NCBI GenBank assembly: GCA_030746935.1
Contig: JASLLV010000002.1
Location: 1-43,764 of the forward strand
Reading direction: 5' to 3'
Origin: Rhodospirillales bacterium
GTDB taxonomy: Bacteria > Pseudomonadota > Alphaproteobacteria > Rhodospirillales > JASLLV01
Length of the DNA: 43,764 nt
The notes beneath the pieces were generated by a model. That model did not search any database, was not told the DNA's origin, and saw only the letters and a list, made by a program, of their open reading frames with translations. Numbering within the stretch: position 1 is the first letter of the stretch; each line of letters starts with the position of its first letter. The translations under genes were made by a program, and so were the position numbers. Shown here one piece after another: positions 23,500 to 32,456 of the stretch.

Positions 23500-24105
23500 G
23501 GGCGGAAAGCGCCGGGCCCACCACCATCAAAACGGCGACAAGCAGGACGGCCGCGAGCAGCATCTGCGCGCCATCCGTCAAGAGGCTCGAACGCAACCCC
23601 CGCGCCACGAGTAATACAGCGTAAACGCGGTGACGGCGGCGGCGGTGGCCCAGTAGGCACCACTTCCCTCAAACCCGAAGTAGAGCGCGCTGACCTTTGT
23701 GTTCGACCACACCTCGTTGAAGAGGCGAATGGCGATGGCGAGCAGAAAGAGCTTGGCGCAAAGCCCGCCGTACTTGGAGACGAGAAAGGCGGCGAGTGAG
23801 GCGTGGCCGCCGCGCGTCCGCATCACGAAGACGGCGATCCCGACGACGACGAAACTCAGGTAATAGAATGCGTAGCCGATCCCACCCCAAAGGCCGAACG
23901 CGTTCGAGAGGTTGGCGGCGTTCGAGATGGATTTGGCGAAGACCCAGGTGATGGCGGCGCTCGCGACCAGGAGCCAGAATCCGGGTGCGACGCCGTCTCG
24001 CGTGCCTCCCTCGAAGAATTGCGTGGCATCCACGCGCTTCGGCATCATCACCCAGGCGACGACGCCGTAGCCCGCCAGAACCAACCAGGGCGCGATCGAA
24101 TTCAT
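23500..24105 (-). pseudogene. sodium:solute symporter (SSF) family gene, N-terminal about 200 aa only, with a frameshift
   Basis: ATG 24105 gives MNSIAPWLVLAGYGVV…FFEGGTRDGVAPGFWLLVASAAITWVFAKSI…YYSWRGG. The frame then switches in the C5 run at 23596-23600 to …GLRSSLLTDGAQMLLAAVLLVAVLMVVGP (frame of ORF 22730..23608). Similarity ends near 23500. Confidence 0.62.
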
Positions 24106-24202
24106 TCCTGCGCTCGTGTATGCGCGCTGTTTGTCGCGGAACCTCCGCCCGCCGAGCAATGCGGGCTTCGCTGCCGCTTGGCAATTAATATTTCCGTGAT
24201 CG

Positions 24203-25333
24203 TCAGGCGCCGTCGGCCGCCGATCCCCGGCCGCCGACGCTATGGCGGTCGATGGCGACCGACTTGACCATGGCGTAGACCTTTGTTCCGGGCGCGAGCC
24301 CGAGATCGTGCACGGACCGGCGCGTGACGCGCGCGATCAGCGGCGCGCCGACGTCCACAAGGACCTCGAGTTGGGCCCCGTCGCCGGCGCCGACCTCGGC
24401 GATCCGGCCTGCGAAGACGTTAAGCACGCTGGTGCGTTCGGGCGGCGCCAGGGAAAGCGAGACATCGCGGGCGCGGATGCGGACCCGGATGGGGGACCCT
24501 TCGGGAAGATCGATGCGCGGCACCCGGAGCCGGTTACCAGCGAATTCGAGTTCCGTCAGCGCGAAGTCCTCGTCTTGGGCGCGGACCGTCGCGGCGATCA
24601 CCGCGCCGGCTTCGTAGCGGCCGGTGATGGGGCGCAGATCGAGGCGGTTCATCAGCTCTTCGACGCCGCCGGCGGCCGCGACCCGACCCTCCGACATGAG
24701 AACAAGCGTATCGGCGAGCCGCACCACCTCTTCGATCACGTGGCTTACGTAGACGATCGGTATCCCGAGCTGCTCTCGCATGCGTTCGACGAAGCCGAGC
24801 ACCTCGTCCCTGCGCGCCGCATCGACCGACGCGAGCGGCTCGTCCATCAGCAATAGCCGCGGACTCGTCAGCAATGCGCGGCCAATGGCGACGCGCTGCT
24901 TCTCGCCGCCCGAGAGGCCGGCAGGGCGGCGTTCGAGAAGCGGGTCCAGGCCCAACAGATCAACGATGCGATCGAAATCGTAAACGCGTTCGCCGACGGG
25001 GACCCGCGTCATGCCGTAACGCAGGTTTCGGCGCACGCTCAAGTGGGGAAACAAGCGCGCGTCCTGAAAGACGTACCCCAGACGCCGGCGTTCGGGGGGC
25101 AGGTCGATCCCCTTCGCGGAATCGAAGAGTACCCGGCCGTCGACGACGATACGCCCGCGTTCGGGCCTAGCAAGCCCCGCCATCAGGTTGACGACGGAGG
25201 TCTTGCCGGCGCCGGATTGGCCGAAAAGCGCGGTCAGCAGTCCCGTCGATGAGAACCGCGTCTCCAGGCGGAACGCGCCGAAACGCGCCGCGACGTCAAT
25301 TTCGAGAACCGGGCGTGATGCGTCGCCGATCAT
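24203..25333 (-). CDS. modC: molybdate ABC transporter ATP-binding protein ModC (with C-terminal TOBE/Mop domain)
   Basis: ORF trimmed to ATG 25333 (MIGDASRPVLEIDV...), ATGA overlap with modB. Motifs: GQSGAGKTS, LSGGEKQRVAIGRAL, LLLMDEPLASVD. The C-terminus has NVFAGRIAEV…KSVAID. Confidence 0.9.
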   Translation of the reverse strand: MIGDASRPVLEIDVAARFGAFRLETRFSSTGLLTALFGQSGAGKTSVVNLMAGLARPERGRIVVDGRVLFDSAKGIDLPPERRRLGYVFQDARLFPHLSVRRNLRYGMTRVPVGERVYDFDRIVDLLGLDPLLERRPAGLSGGEKQRVAIGRALLTSPRLLLMDEPLASVDAARRDEVLGFVERMREQLGIPIVYVSHVIEEVVRLADTLVLMSEGRVAAAGGVEELMNRLDLRPITGRYEAGAVIAATVRAQDEDFALTELEFAGNRLRVPRIDLPEGSPIRVRIRARDVSLSLAPPERTSVLNVFAGRIAEVGAGDGAQLEVLVDVGAPLIARVTRRSVHDLGLAPGTKVYAMVKSVAIDRHSVGGRGSAADGA

Positions 25334-26040
25334 GATTGAGTCCGTGCCGCGACCCGCCTGGCCAACGCCTCCGAGGCCGCCAGCGCGACCAGCGCGAGCA
25401 CGACCGCGATCACCACGAGCCTGAACGCGCCCGCGTCCCCGCCCGGCGTTTGGGTGAAGACGAACAGCGCCAGCGGTAGCGTCCGGGTTTCGCCCGGAAT
25501 GTTGGAAACGAATGTGATGGTGGCACCGAACTCTCCCAGGCTGCGGGCGAAGGCGAGGATGACGCCGGCGAGCACGCCGGGCGCAGACAGCGGCAAGGTC
25601 ACGGAAAAGAAGACCCCCAAGGGCCGGGCGCCGAGGGTGCGCGCAGCATCCTCGAGGCCGCGGTCCACCGATTCCATCGAAAGCCGGATCGCCCGGACCA
25701 TCAGCGGGAAGGCCATCACCGCCGAGGCGATGGCCGCCCCTTTCCACGTGAAGACGACGGTGACGCCGAAGACGTCAAAGAGCCAGGCGCCGACGGGACC
25801 GCGGCGGCCGAGCAGGATCAACAGCACGTATCCGACCACGACCGGCGGCACCACCAGGGGCAGATGCACCAGCCCGCTTACGAAGGCCTTGCCCGGAAAC
25901 CGCCGCCGCGCGAGCAGCCAAGCGACACCGATGCCGAAGGGCAAGCTGCACAAGACCGCCCAAAGGGCGACCCGAAGGCTCAAGGCGATGGCCTCGGTCT
26001 CGAGCGGGCTCAGGGCCCACCAAGGCGTCTGGCCGTCCAT
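25330..26040 (-). CDS. modB: molybdate ABC transporter permease ModB
   Basis: ORF trimmed to ATG 26040 (MDGQTPWWALSPLETEAIALSLRVA...). EAA loop ESVDRGLEDAARTLGARPLGVFFSVTLPL, plus FARSLGEFGATITFV. Confidence 0.9.
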   Translation of the reverse strand: MDGQTPWWALSPLETEAIALSLRVALWAVLCSLPFGIGVAWLLARRRFPGKAFVSGLVHLPLVVPPVVVGYVLLILLGRRGPVGAWLFDVFGVTVVFTWKGAAIASAVMAFPLMVRAIRLSMESVDRGLEDAARTLGARPLGVFFSVTLPLSAPGVLAGVILAFARSLGEFGATITFVSNIPGETRTLPLALFVFTQTPGGDAGAFRLVVIAVVLALVALAASEALARRVAARTQS

Positions 26041-26047
26041 GTCCGAT

Positions 26048-26842
26048 CTAGGGTGTAGGCCTAGCGAGCGCGACGAACCCGTGGGTGGCGAGGATCGAGG
26101 CGGCCGCGGGCGACGTGAGAAGCGCGAAGTAACGGCGCGTCGCCCCATCGTCGCGCCCGGCGACGATGGCAATCTCATAGCGGATCTGCGGGTGGGTCGA
26201 TGCCGGGAACGTCGCCGCGATCCGGACCCGTGGATTGGATTTCGCGTCGGTCGAATAGGCGAGGCCGGCAGCGGCCTCGCCTCGCTCGACCAGGGCGACG
26301 GCGGCGCGGGTGTCCTGGGTGCGGGCGAGTTTCCCCGCAACGCCTTGCCACAATCCGAGGGATTCAAGCGCCGCCTTGCCGTACGCTCCCGCCGGCGCGT
26401 GGTCGGGATCGGCGATCGCAAGCCTGCCGTCGCCAAGCCGCTCGGCGAGCGGGAACCCGGGCTCGGCGGCAAGTTCGAGCGAACTCGCCGCTGGCACGAT
26501 GAGAACCAGCCGGTTGCTTGCCAGGGAGACGCGGCTCTCGGCCACGATAGCGCCCAGTTCCGCGACGTGGTCCATCCATCGCGTGTTCGCCGAGACGAAG
26601 ACGTCGACGGGCGCGCCATTGACGATCTGCTGGGCCAGCGATCCGCTCGAGGCAAACGAGGCGCGGGCGCCGCCGTACCCCTTTTCGGAATAGAGCGCGT
26701 TCACGGCCGAGATCACCAGATTGGTGCTGGCGGCGGCGAAGATCGTCACGGTGTCCGCCCTTGCGGCGTGCGTCGGGTTCGCCCAGAGGATCGTGGCCAC
26801 GAATGCGACGGCGGCGACGTCGCGCGCTTTTCGGCCCCCCAT
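26048..26842 (-). CDS. modA: molybdate-binding periplasmic protein ModA
   Basis: Signal peptide, then VTIFAAASTNLV, ASSGSLAQQIVNGAPVDVFVSAN, and AVALVERGEAAAGLAYSTDA. Confidence 0.9.
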   Translation of the reverse strand: MGGRKARDVAAVAFVATILWANPTHAARADTVTIFAAASTNLVISAVNALYSEKGYGGARASFASSGSLAQQIVNGAPVDVFVSANTRWMDHVAELGAIVAESRVSLASNRLVLIVPAASSLELAAEPGFPLAERLGDGRLAIADPDHAPAGAYGKAALESLGLWQGVAGKLARTQDTRAAVALVERGEAAAGLAYSTDAKSNPRVRIAATFPASTHPQIRYEIAIVAGRDDGATRRYFALLTSPAAASILATHGFVALARPTP

Positions 26843-26849
26843 GGTCGCG

Positions 26850-27257
26850 TCAGTTGTGGGCGGTCCCGGGCGCGATCTCGACTTCAGCGATCACGGCCGG
26901 GGCTCCGTCGCGAAGGGCGTTGAAGAAGCAGCTTCGCCGACCGGTATGGCAGGCCACGCCTTTCTGGTCGACAAGCACCAACAGCGCATCGGCGTCGCAG
27001 TCCCAGCGAAGGTCCACGAGCGCCTGGGTGTGGCCCGACGTCTCGCCCTTGCGCCAAAGCTGTGCCCGCGATCGCGACCAGTAGCAGACCTGGCGCGTGC
27101 GTAGTGTCTCGGCGATCGCGTCGGCGTTCATCCAGGCCAGCATCAGTACCTCGCCCGAATCATGCTGCTGGGTAATTGCCGGAACGAGGCCACTGTCGTT
27201 GAATCGAATGGCGTCCGCCACCGCGGCAAACGCCGCCACTTCCGGGTTGTCGCTCAT
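26850..27257 (-). CDS. hisI: phosphoribosyl-AMP cyclohydrolase (monofunctional HisI)
   Basis: ORF trimmed to ATG 27257 (MSDNPEV...). Motifs: GLVPAITQQHDSGEVLMLAWMN, YWSRSRAQLWRKGETSGHTQ, DCDADALLVLVDQKGVACHTGRRSCF. Confidence 0.9.
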   Translation of the reverse strand: MSDNPEVAAFAAVADAIRFNDSGLVPAITQQHDSGEVLMLAWMNADAIAETLRTRQVCYWSRSRAQLWRKGETSGHTQALVDLRWDCDADALLVLVDQKGVACHTGRRSCFFNALRDGAPAVIAEVEIAPGTAHN

Positions 27258-27356
27258 GGTTTCGACTCCATCGCGTCGAAGCGCAATAATTCGGCCGATT
27301 TCTCCGAACAAGTCAATCGAATGCCCCCCGGGCGTGCTGATTTGCGCGCGGGCCTC

Positions 27357-28526
27357 TCACGCGGCCCGGTTCATGCGTGCGAAGCCCTTGTCCAGGTCCG
27401 CAATCAAGTCGTCCGGGTGCTCGAGACCGACGTGGATACGAAGTCCCGGTTCCGCATGCGGCCATGGGGTCGCGGTGCGCGACCGGCTCGGGTAGGTGGG
27501 AACGATCAGGCTTTCGAACCCGCCCCAGCTGAACCCCATGCCGAAAAGCTCCATGCCGTCCAGCATGGCGCTCACCGCATTCTTCGAGCAATTTCTTAGA
27601 CTAAGCGCAAAAAGTCCTGAACTACCTGTGAAATCTCGTTTCCAAATCTCGTGTCCAGGGCAGCTCGGAAAGGCCGGATGCAACAGCAGCTCGACTTCCG
27701 GCCGCTCGGCGATCCAGCGCGCGATCGTGAGGCCGTTTTCCTGGTGGTGCGGTAGCCGGGCGGCGATGCTTCGCAGCCCCCGAAGACCCAAGTAGCAGTC
27801 GTCGGGACCGGCCGCGTAACCGAGCTGCACCGCCGTCGATTTGACCTGTTCGAATAGGGCTGCGGTCGTGGTTACCGCGCCCAGCATGGCGTCAGAGTGG
27901 CCGACGATGTACTTGGTCGCGGCGTGGACGCAGACGTCGACCCCGTGTTCGAACGGCTGGAAGTAGAGCCCGCCGCTCCAGGTATTGTCCATGATCACGG
28001 TGGCGCCGGCGGCGTGGGCGGCGGCGGCAATCGCGGGAATGTCCTGGACTTCGAAGGTGATCGAACCGGGCGCCTCGACAAAGACCACTTTCGTTTCCGC
28101 GCGCAACAGATCGGCGATGCCGGACCCGATCATCGGGTCGTAGTAGGTGGTCTCGACGCCGAAATCCTTGAGCAACCCGTCGCACAGGCGGCCGCGCGTC
28201 GGCCCGTAAACGTTGTCGGTAACCAGCACGTGGTCGCCCGCCTTCAGGAAGGCGATCAGCGAGCAAGCGATGGCCGCGAGGCCCGAAGGAAACGAGACGC
28301 ATCGCTCGCCGCCCTCGAGGGCGGCGACCGCGGCCTCGAAGGCCTGGGTTGTCGGCGTCCCGTAACGCCCGTAGCGGACGCCCTCGTAGGGCGAATTCTC
28401 GCTCGATTCGAGGTCCGCGACCGTCGGGAAGATGACCGTCGAGGCGTGGTAGACCGGCGGGTTGACGATGCCGAAGTTGGATCGAGGGTCGCGTCCGGCA
28501 TTGACGATGCGGGTTTCCTTCTTCAT
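27357..28526 (-). CDS. metC: cystathionine beta-lyase
   Basis: 389 aa: TRIVNAGRD, YGRYGTPTT, HAATKYIVGHSD (PLP lysine), HEIWKRDFTGSSGLFA, FSWGGFESLI. Confidence 0.9.
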   Translation of the reverse strand: MKKETRIVNAGRDPRSNFGIVNPPVYHASTVIFPTVADLESSENSPYEGVRYGRYGTPTTQAFEAAVAALEGGERCVSFPSGLAAIACSLIAFLKAGDHVLVTDNVYGPTRGRLCDGLLKDFGVETTYYDPMIGSGIADLLRAETKVVFVEAPGSITFEVQDIPAIAAAAHAAGATVIMDNTWSGGLYFQPFEHGVDVCVHAATKYIVGHSDAMLGAVTTTAALFEQVKSTAVQLGYAAGPDDCYLGLRGLRSIAARLPHHQENGLTIARWIAERPEVELLLHPAFPSCPGHEIWKRDFTGSSGLFALSLRNCSKNAVSAMLDGMELFGMGFSWGGFESLIVPTYPSRSRTATPWPHAEPGLRIHVGLEHPDDLIADLDKGFARMNRAA

Positions 28527-28552
28527 GGGCGGTGCGCTCTTTCGGTGTTGGG

Positions 28553-28582
28553 TGGCACGTGTGACGAGATCATGGCACGTGT
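28553..28582. repeat. perfect 10-nt direct repeat TGGCACGTGT x2 (CACGTG palindrome cores) in the metC leader
   Basis: Copies at 28553-28562 and 28573-28582, 20 nt start to start, lying 27-56 nt upstream of the metC ATG (28526). Confidence 0.6.
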
Positions 28583-28638
28583 AAGGTGGTCATTTTGGCA
28601 GCCGAGTCCCGGGCGGACCAGGGCGTTGTCGCGCGCAC

Positions 28639-29235
28639 CTAGCCGAAGGTGCCCGAAAGCCTGGGATCGTCGATGCGCAGCCGTTCTTGGCGCACGGGAA
28701 CGAATCCGGTGCGCTGGTACATGCTGAGCGCGCGCGGATGGTCGAGGGTGCAGGTGTGGGCCCAGACCCGCTCGGGCCCATAGGTCCAAGCCTGGTCCAC
28801 GGTCCAACGCATGAGATACCGCCCCAGGCCCCGGCCGATGAAATCTGGCATCAGGCCCAGATAGGCGATCTCGATTTCGGGTTCCCGCCGCCGATCGATC
28901 TCGCCGTAGCCCGCGGGAACGCCGCCGACGTAAAGAACGTAGATTTCGACTCCGTCGTCGTGGATGACGGCGCCGAGCGCCTCGTCATCCATCAGCCGGC
29001 GTTCGTACCATAGCCACGCGTCGCCAACGGTGTTGTACAGGAATCGGTAGAAGGGAATGCCTGGGCGTTCGGCGCGCATCAGGGCGAGCCGCGAGACCAG
29101 CGGGACCGGCGGCAGGGGCGCGCTCGGCGGCTCGTTCATCTCCATATAGGTGATGACGCATTCGATCTTGCGGGCGCGGGTCGCCTTGCGGGGCTTCGAA
29201 GCGGCCCGGGACCGCCCGGTGCGGCGCGCAGGCAT
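28639..29235 (-). CDS. GNAT-family N-acetyltransferase with a basic N-terminal tail
   Basis: 198 aa. Acetyl-CoA-binding block IAYLGLMPDFIGRGLGRYLM, plus HPRALSMYQRTGF. The start codon shares 1 nt with the stomatin stop (29235). Confidence 0.8.
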   Translation of the reverse strand: MPARRTGRSRAASKPRKATRARKIECVITYMEMNEPPSAPLPPVPLVSRLALMRAERPGIPFYRFLYNTVGDAWLWYERRLMDDEALGAVIHDDGVEIYVLYVGGVPAGYGEIDRRREPEIEIAYLGLMPDFIGRGLGRYLMRWTVDQAWTYGPERVWAHTCTLDHPRALSMYQRTGFVPVRQERLRIDDPRLSGTFG

Positions 29236-30011
29236 CAGCTTTCGCTGTCCTCGGTGGTGCCGGCCGGGCGCAGGGCCTGCAGAAATTCGATCGGGAGCGG
29301 GAAGACAATGGTCGAGGTACGCTCGCCGGCGATGTCGTGGAGCGCGCCGATGTAGCGAAGATGCAGCGCCTTGGGATTGCCCGACAGAATCTCGGCCGCG
29401 TTGAGAAGCTTCTCGGCCGCTTGCAGCTCGCCCTCGGCGTTCAGGATCTTGGCCCGTCGCATACGTTCGGCCTCGGCCTGCTTGGCGATCGCCCGGACCA
29501 TGCTCTGGTCGAGATCCACGTGCTTGAGCTCGACGTTGGAAACCTTGATGCCCCAGGCGTCGGTCTGCTCGTCGAGAATCCGCTGGATGTCGGCGTTCAG
29601 CCGGTCGCGCTCGGCCAGCATTTCGTCGAGCTGCTGCTGGCCGAGCACCGAGCGCAGCGTCGTCTGGGCGAGCTGACTGGTGGCGGCCTCGAAGTTCTCG
29701 ACCTGAATGATCGCCAACTGGGCATCGAGCACCCGGTAGTAGACGACCGCGTTCACCTTGACCGAGACGTTGTCGCGCGAGATCACGTCCTGGGTGGGGA
29801 CGTCGAGGACGCGGATGCGTAGATCCACCCGCACCATCTGCTGGACGATCGGGACGACGATGATCATCCCCGGTCCCTTCACTTTCCAGAATCGTCCCAA
29901 GAGGAAGATCACGCCGCGTTCGTATTCGCGCAGGATTCGCAGCGAATAGAGAATCAGCACAAGAATCAGAAGCGCGAGCACGTAGGGCGCGAAGGCGCTA
30001 ACCATGGTCAT
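29235..30011 (-). CDS. SPFH/band-7 stomatin-like protein (slipin)
   Basis: N-terminal TM, then [14 protein letters not shown]...[34 protein letters not shown], and [17 protein letters not shown]. Confidence 0.9.
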   Translation of the reverse strand: MTMVSAFAPYVLALLILVLILYSLRILREYERGVIFLLGRFWKVKGPGMIIVVPIVQQMVRVDLRIRVLDVPTQDVISRDNVSVKVNAVVYYRVLDAQLAIIQVENFEAATSQLAQTTLRSVLGQQQLDEMLAERDRLNADIQRILDEQTDAWGIKVSNVELKHVDLDQSMVRAIAKQAEAERMRRAKILNAEGELQAAEKLLNAAEILSGNPKALHLRYIGALHDIAGERTSTIVFPLPIEFLQALRPAGTTEDSES

Positions 30012-31438
30012 TGATTACCCCCGTCTGGTTGGGGTTCGACGACGAGCGTCAGTCCGTGAATCGCGGCGACGCGAACCCGTTGGCCCGGCTCGAGCGGCAC
30101 CTGGGCGGACGCGCCCCAGACTTCCCCGTGGGCCCGGACCCGGCCCTCATCCCCCGACCATTCGATCACCCGGCCCGCCTCGCCGATCATCTCTTCGTGG
30201 CCACTTACCACGGGCCGTCGCCGCGCCTTCAAGGCCATGGCGACGACGATCAGGAAGAATCCCGCACTGGTCGCAGTCACGGTCGCAATTACCGGCCACG
30301 CGATGCTGAAATCGGCCTGGTCGGTCTCGAACAGGATGACGGAACCGATGGCGAAGGCCGCGACACCGCCCAATCCGAGCGCGCCGAAGCTAGGCGCGAA
30401 GACCTCGCCTACCATGAGCGCGATCCCGAGAAGGATGAGCGCAAGGCCGGCGAAGTTGATGGGCAATACGTGAAGCGCAAAGAAGGCGAGGAGCAAGCTG
30501 ATGGCGCCGACGACTCCCGGGACCACCGCGCCGGGATGGGAGAATTCGAAAATCAGTCCGTAAATGCCGATCAGCATCAGGATATAGGCGATGTTCGGGT
30601 TGGTGATGACGGCGAGAAGCTCGGTCCGCCAATCGGGGTCGAGCACGACGACTCGGGCCTCGCGGGTGGCGAGGGTTCGCGCACCGTCGGCGAGGGTGAC
30701 CGTCCGGCCGTGAATCTTGGCGAGCAGTTCGTCCAGGTCGTCCGCCATCACGTCGATGACGCCTGCTTGCAAGGCGTCCTTGGCCGCGAGGCTCGCCGCT
30801 TCGCGCACCGCCTTTACGGCCCAGTCTGCGTTGCGCCCGCGCATCTGGGCGAGGCTTCGGATGTACGCGGCCGCGTCGTTGACCGCCTTGTCGGCCATCG
30901 TCGGCTTCGGCCCCGCCTTCGACGGCTCGCCCCCATTTTCAGCCTCGGGCTTCTCTGCGCCTTTGGCTTCTTCGTCGGATTTTTCGGCGCCGCCCGCATC
31001 GTCCTCGGGCTTCTTGGGCGCCGATCCCGGCAGGCCGCCGAGCTGGACCGGGGTGGCGGCGCCGAGATTCGTCCCCGGCGCCATTGCGGCGACGTGGCTG
31101 GCATAGAGAATGTAGGTGCCGGCGCTCGCCGCCCGCGCCCCGCTCGGCGACACGTAGACGGCCACAGGCACCGGCGAGGCCAGGATGGCGCGAATGATCT
31201 CGCGCATCGACGTATCGAGTCCGCCCGGCGTGTCCATGCGAAGAACGACGAGCTCGGCGCCTTGTTCGGCGGCCCCGGTCACGCCGCGGGCGATGTAATC
31301 GCTGGTTGCCGGGCCGACCGCGTCGGCGAGCGTGAGCAGGACCACGGGGCGTTCGTCCGCGCCCGCGGCACCCGCGGCGACAGGGGCGAGCAGGGCGAGG
31401 ACGAGGGCGGAAATTGCCAGCGGTTTGGACATGGGCAT
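30008..31438 (-). CDS. long-form NfeD membrane-bound ClpP-class serine protease (stomatin operon partner)
   Basis: Signal peptide, then [35 protein letters not shown], a multi-TM middle region, and a C-terminal OB-like domain ([22 protein letters not shown]). ATGA overlap with the stomatin gene. Confidence 0.9.
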   Translation of the reverse strand: MPMSKPLAISALVLALLAPVAAGAAGADERPVVLLTLADAVGPATSDYIARGVTGAAEQGAELVVLRMDTPGGLDTSMREIIRAILASPVPVAVYVSPSGARAASAGTYILYASHVAAMAPGTNLGAATPVQLGGLPGSAPKKPEDDAGGAEKSDEEAKGAEKPEAENGGEPSKAGPKPTMADKAVNDAAAYIRSLAQMRGRNADWAVKAVREAASLAAKDALQAGVIDVMADDLDELLAKIHGRTVTLADGARTLATREARVVVLDPDWRTELLAVITNPNIAYILMLIGIYGLIFEFSHPGAVVPGVVGAISLLLAFFALHVLPINFAGLALILLGIALMVGEVFAPSFGALGLGGVAAFAIGSVILFETDQADFSIAWPVIATVTATSAGFFLIVVAMALKARRRPVVSGHEEMIGEAGRVIEWSGDEGRVRAHGEVWGASAQVPLEPGQRVRVAAIHGLTLVVEPQPDGGNQ

Positions 31439-31570
31439 CCGCTGCTGCGAGCGGCCGATCGCTATGGTCCGCAGGCCCGCCGCCGTCGCGGGGACCGGAC
31501 GGAAGTCACACAGAATGGCACGTTATCAGTTTTGTCGAATCGGAGCCAAGGGCTGAACCCGCACGCGGGT

Positions 31571-32434
31571 TTACGCGCCCCCGGTCTCGGCCGGGGTCTC
31601 GTCCTGAGCGCCCCATTCGGCCCACGAGCCGTCGAATACGGGCACGTTCTCGTGACCGAGCAGATAAAGCCCGAAGGCGCCGAGCCCGGCGATGACGCCC
31701 GAGCCGCAACTGATGGCGACGGGCTTGGCGAGATCGACTCCGGCGCCAGCGAATGCAGCCGCGATTTCGTCCGCCGGGCGAAGCGTGCCGCCGCGTTCGC
31801 GATCCACCAGGCGGACGCCATGGAGATGGACGCTGCCGGGAATGTGGCCATCTTTTTTTACGCCCCAGGGCTCTGATTCGCGCCCCGCGAAGGCGTCGGC
31901 GTTGCGGGCGTCCACGACCTGCTCGGCCCGGCTCTCGAGATTTGCCACCATGTCTGCCAAGCCACGCACGAGATTGGGGTTCATGCGCGTGGTGAAGTTC
32001 GCGGGCGCCGGTGTCGGGCTGCCCGCCTCGATGGGGCGTTCCTCCGCCAGCCATTTCGGCATACCGCCGTCAAGGAGCGCCACGTTGTCGTGGCCGAAGA
32101 CGCGAAACATCCACCAAACACGCGCGGCCGCAACGTAGTACCCCGAGCGGTCGTAGACCACGATCCGGTGGCCGTCGCCGAGACCGAGGGCCGAAACCTG
32201 GCGGGCGAACTGCTTGGCCCCCGGGATCTGATGGACGATCGGGGTTTCGTGGTCGCATATCTCGTCGATGTCGAAATGCACCGCGCCGGGGATGTGTGCG
32301 TTTTCGAATTCATTGCGCGCGTCGCCGGCCCCGGGTCCGTACCATGTGGCGTCGACGACGCGTACGCTCGCGTCGCCTAAGTGCGCCGCCAGCCATTCGG
32401 TGCCGACAAGCGCATCGGGATTCGCGTACTCCAT
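31571..32434 (-). CDS. sseA: 3-mercaptopyruvate/thiosulfate sulfurtransferase (tandem rhodanese), paralog 1
   Basis: ORF trimmed to ATG 32434 (MEYANPDALVGTEWLAAHL...). HIPGAVHFDIDE, VWWMFRVFGHDNVALLDGG, and active-site SCGSGVIAG. Confidence 0.85.
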   Translation of the reverse strand: MEYANPDALVGTEWLAAHLGDASVRVVDATWYGPGAGDARNEFENAHIPGAVHFDIDEICDHETPIVHQIPGAKQFARQVSALGLGDGHRIVVYDRSGYYVAAARVWWMFRVFGHDNVALLDGGMPKWLAEERPIEAGSPTPAPANFTTRMNPNLVRGLADMVANLESRAEQVVDARNADAFAGRESEPWGVKKDGHIPGSVHLHGVRLVDRERGGTLRPADEIAAAFAGAGVDLAKPVAISCGSGVIAGLGAFGLYLLGHENVPVFDGSWAEWGAQDETPAETGGA

Positions 32435-32456
32435 GGATCGAGTCTCCGGTTGCGGA

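Noticed and set aside
27258-27356. Possible Moco riboswitch, ModE operator or sigma-70 promoter upstream of hisI-modABC
   Set aside because: I could find no Moco-riboswitch-like conserved blocks. The best promoter-like pair (TTGACT ... AATTAT on the minus strand) has a 19-nt spacer, too long for a confident call.
30898-31039. Lys/Glu/Ala/Gly-rich low-complexity insert in NfeD ([39 protein letters not shown]), considered as a repeat or foreign insertion
   Set aside because: It is in frame, has the same GC as the rest of the gene, and lies at a position where NfeD proteases have a variable linker. No clear nucleotide-level repeat unit was found.
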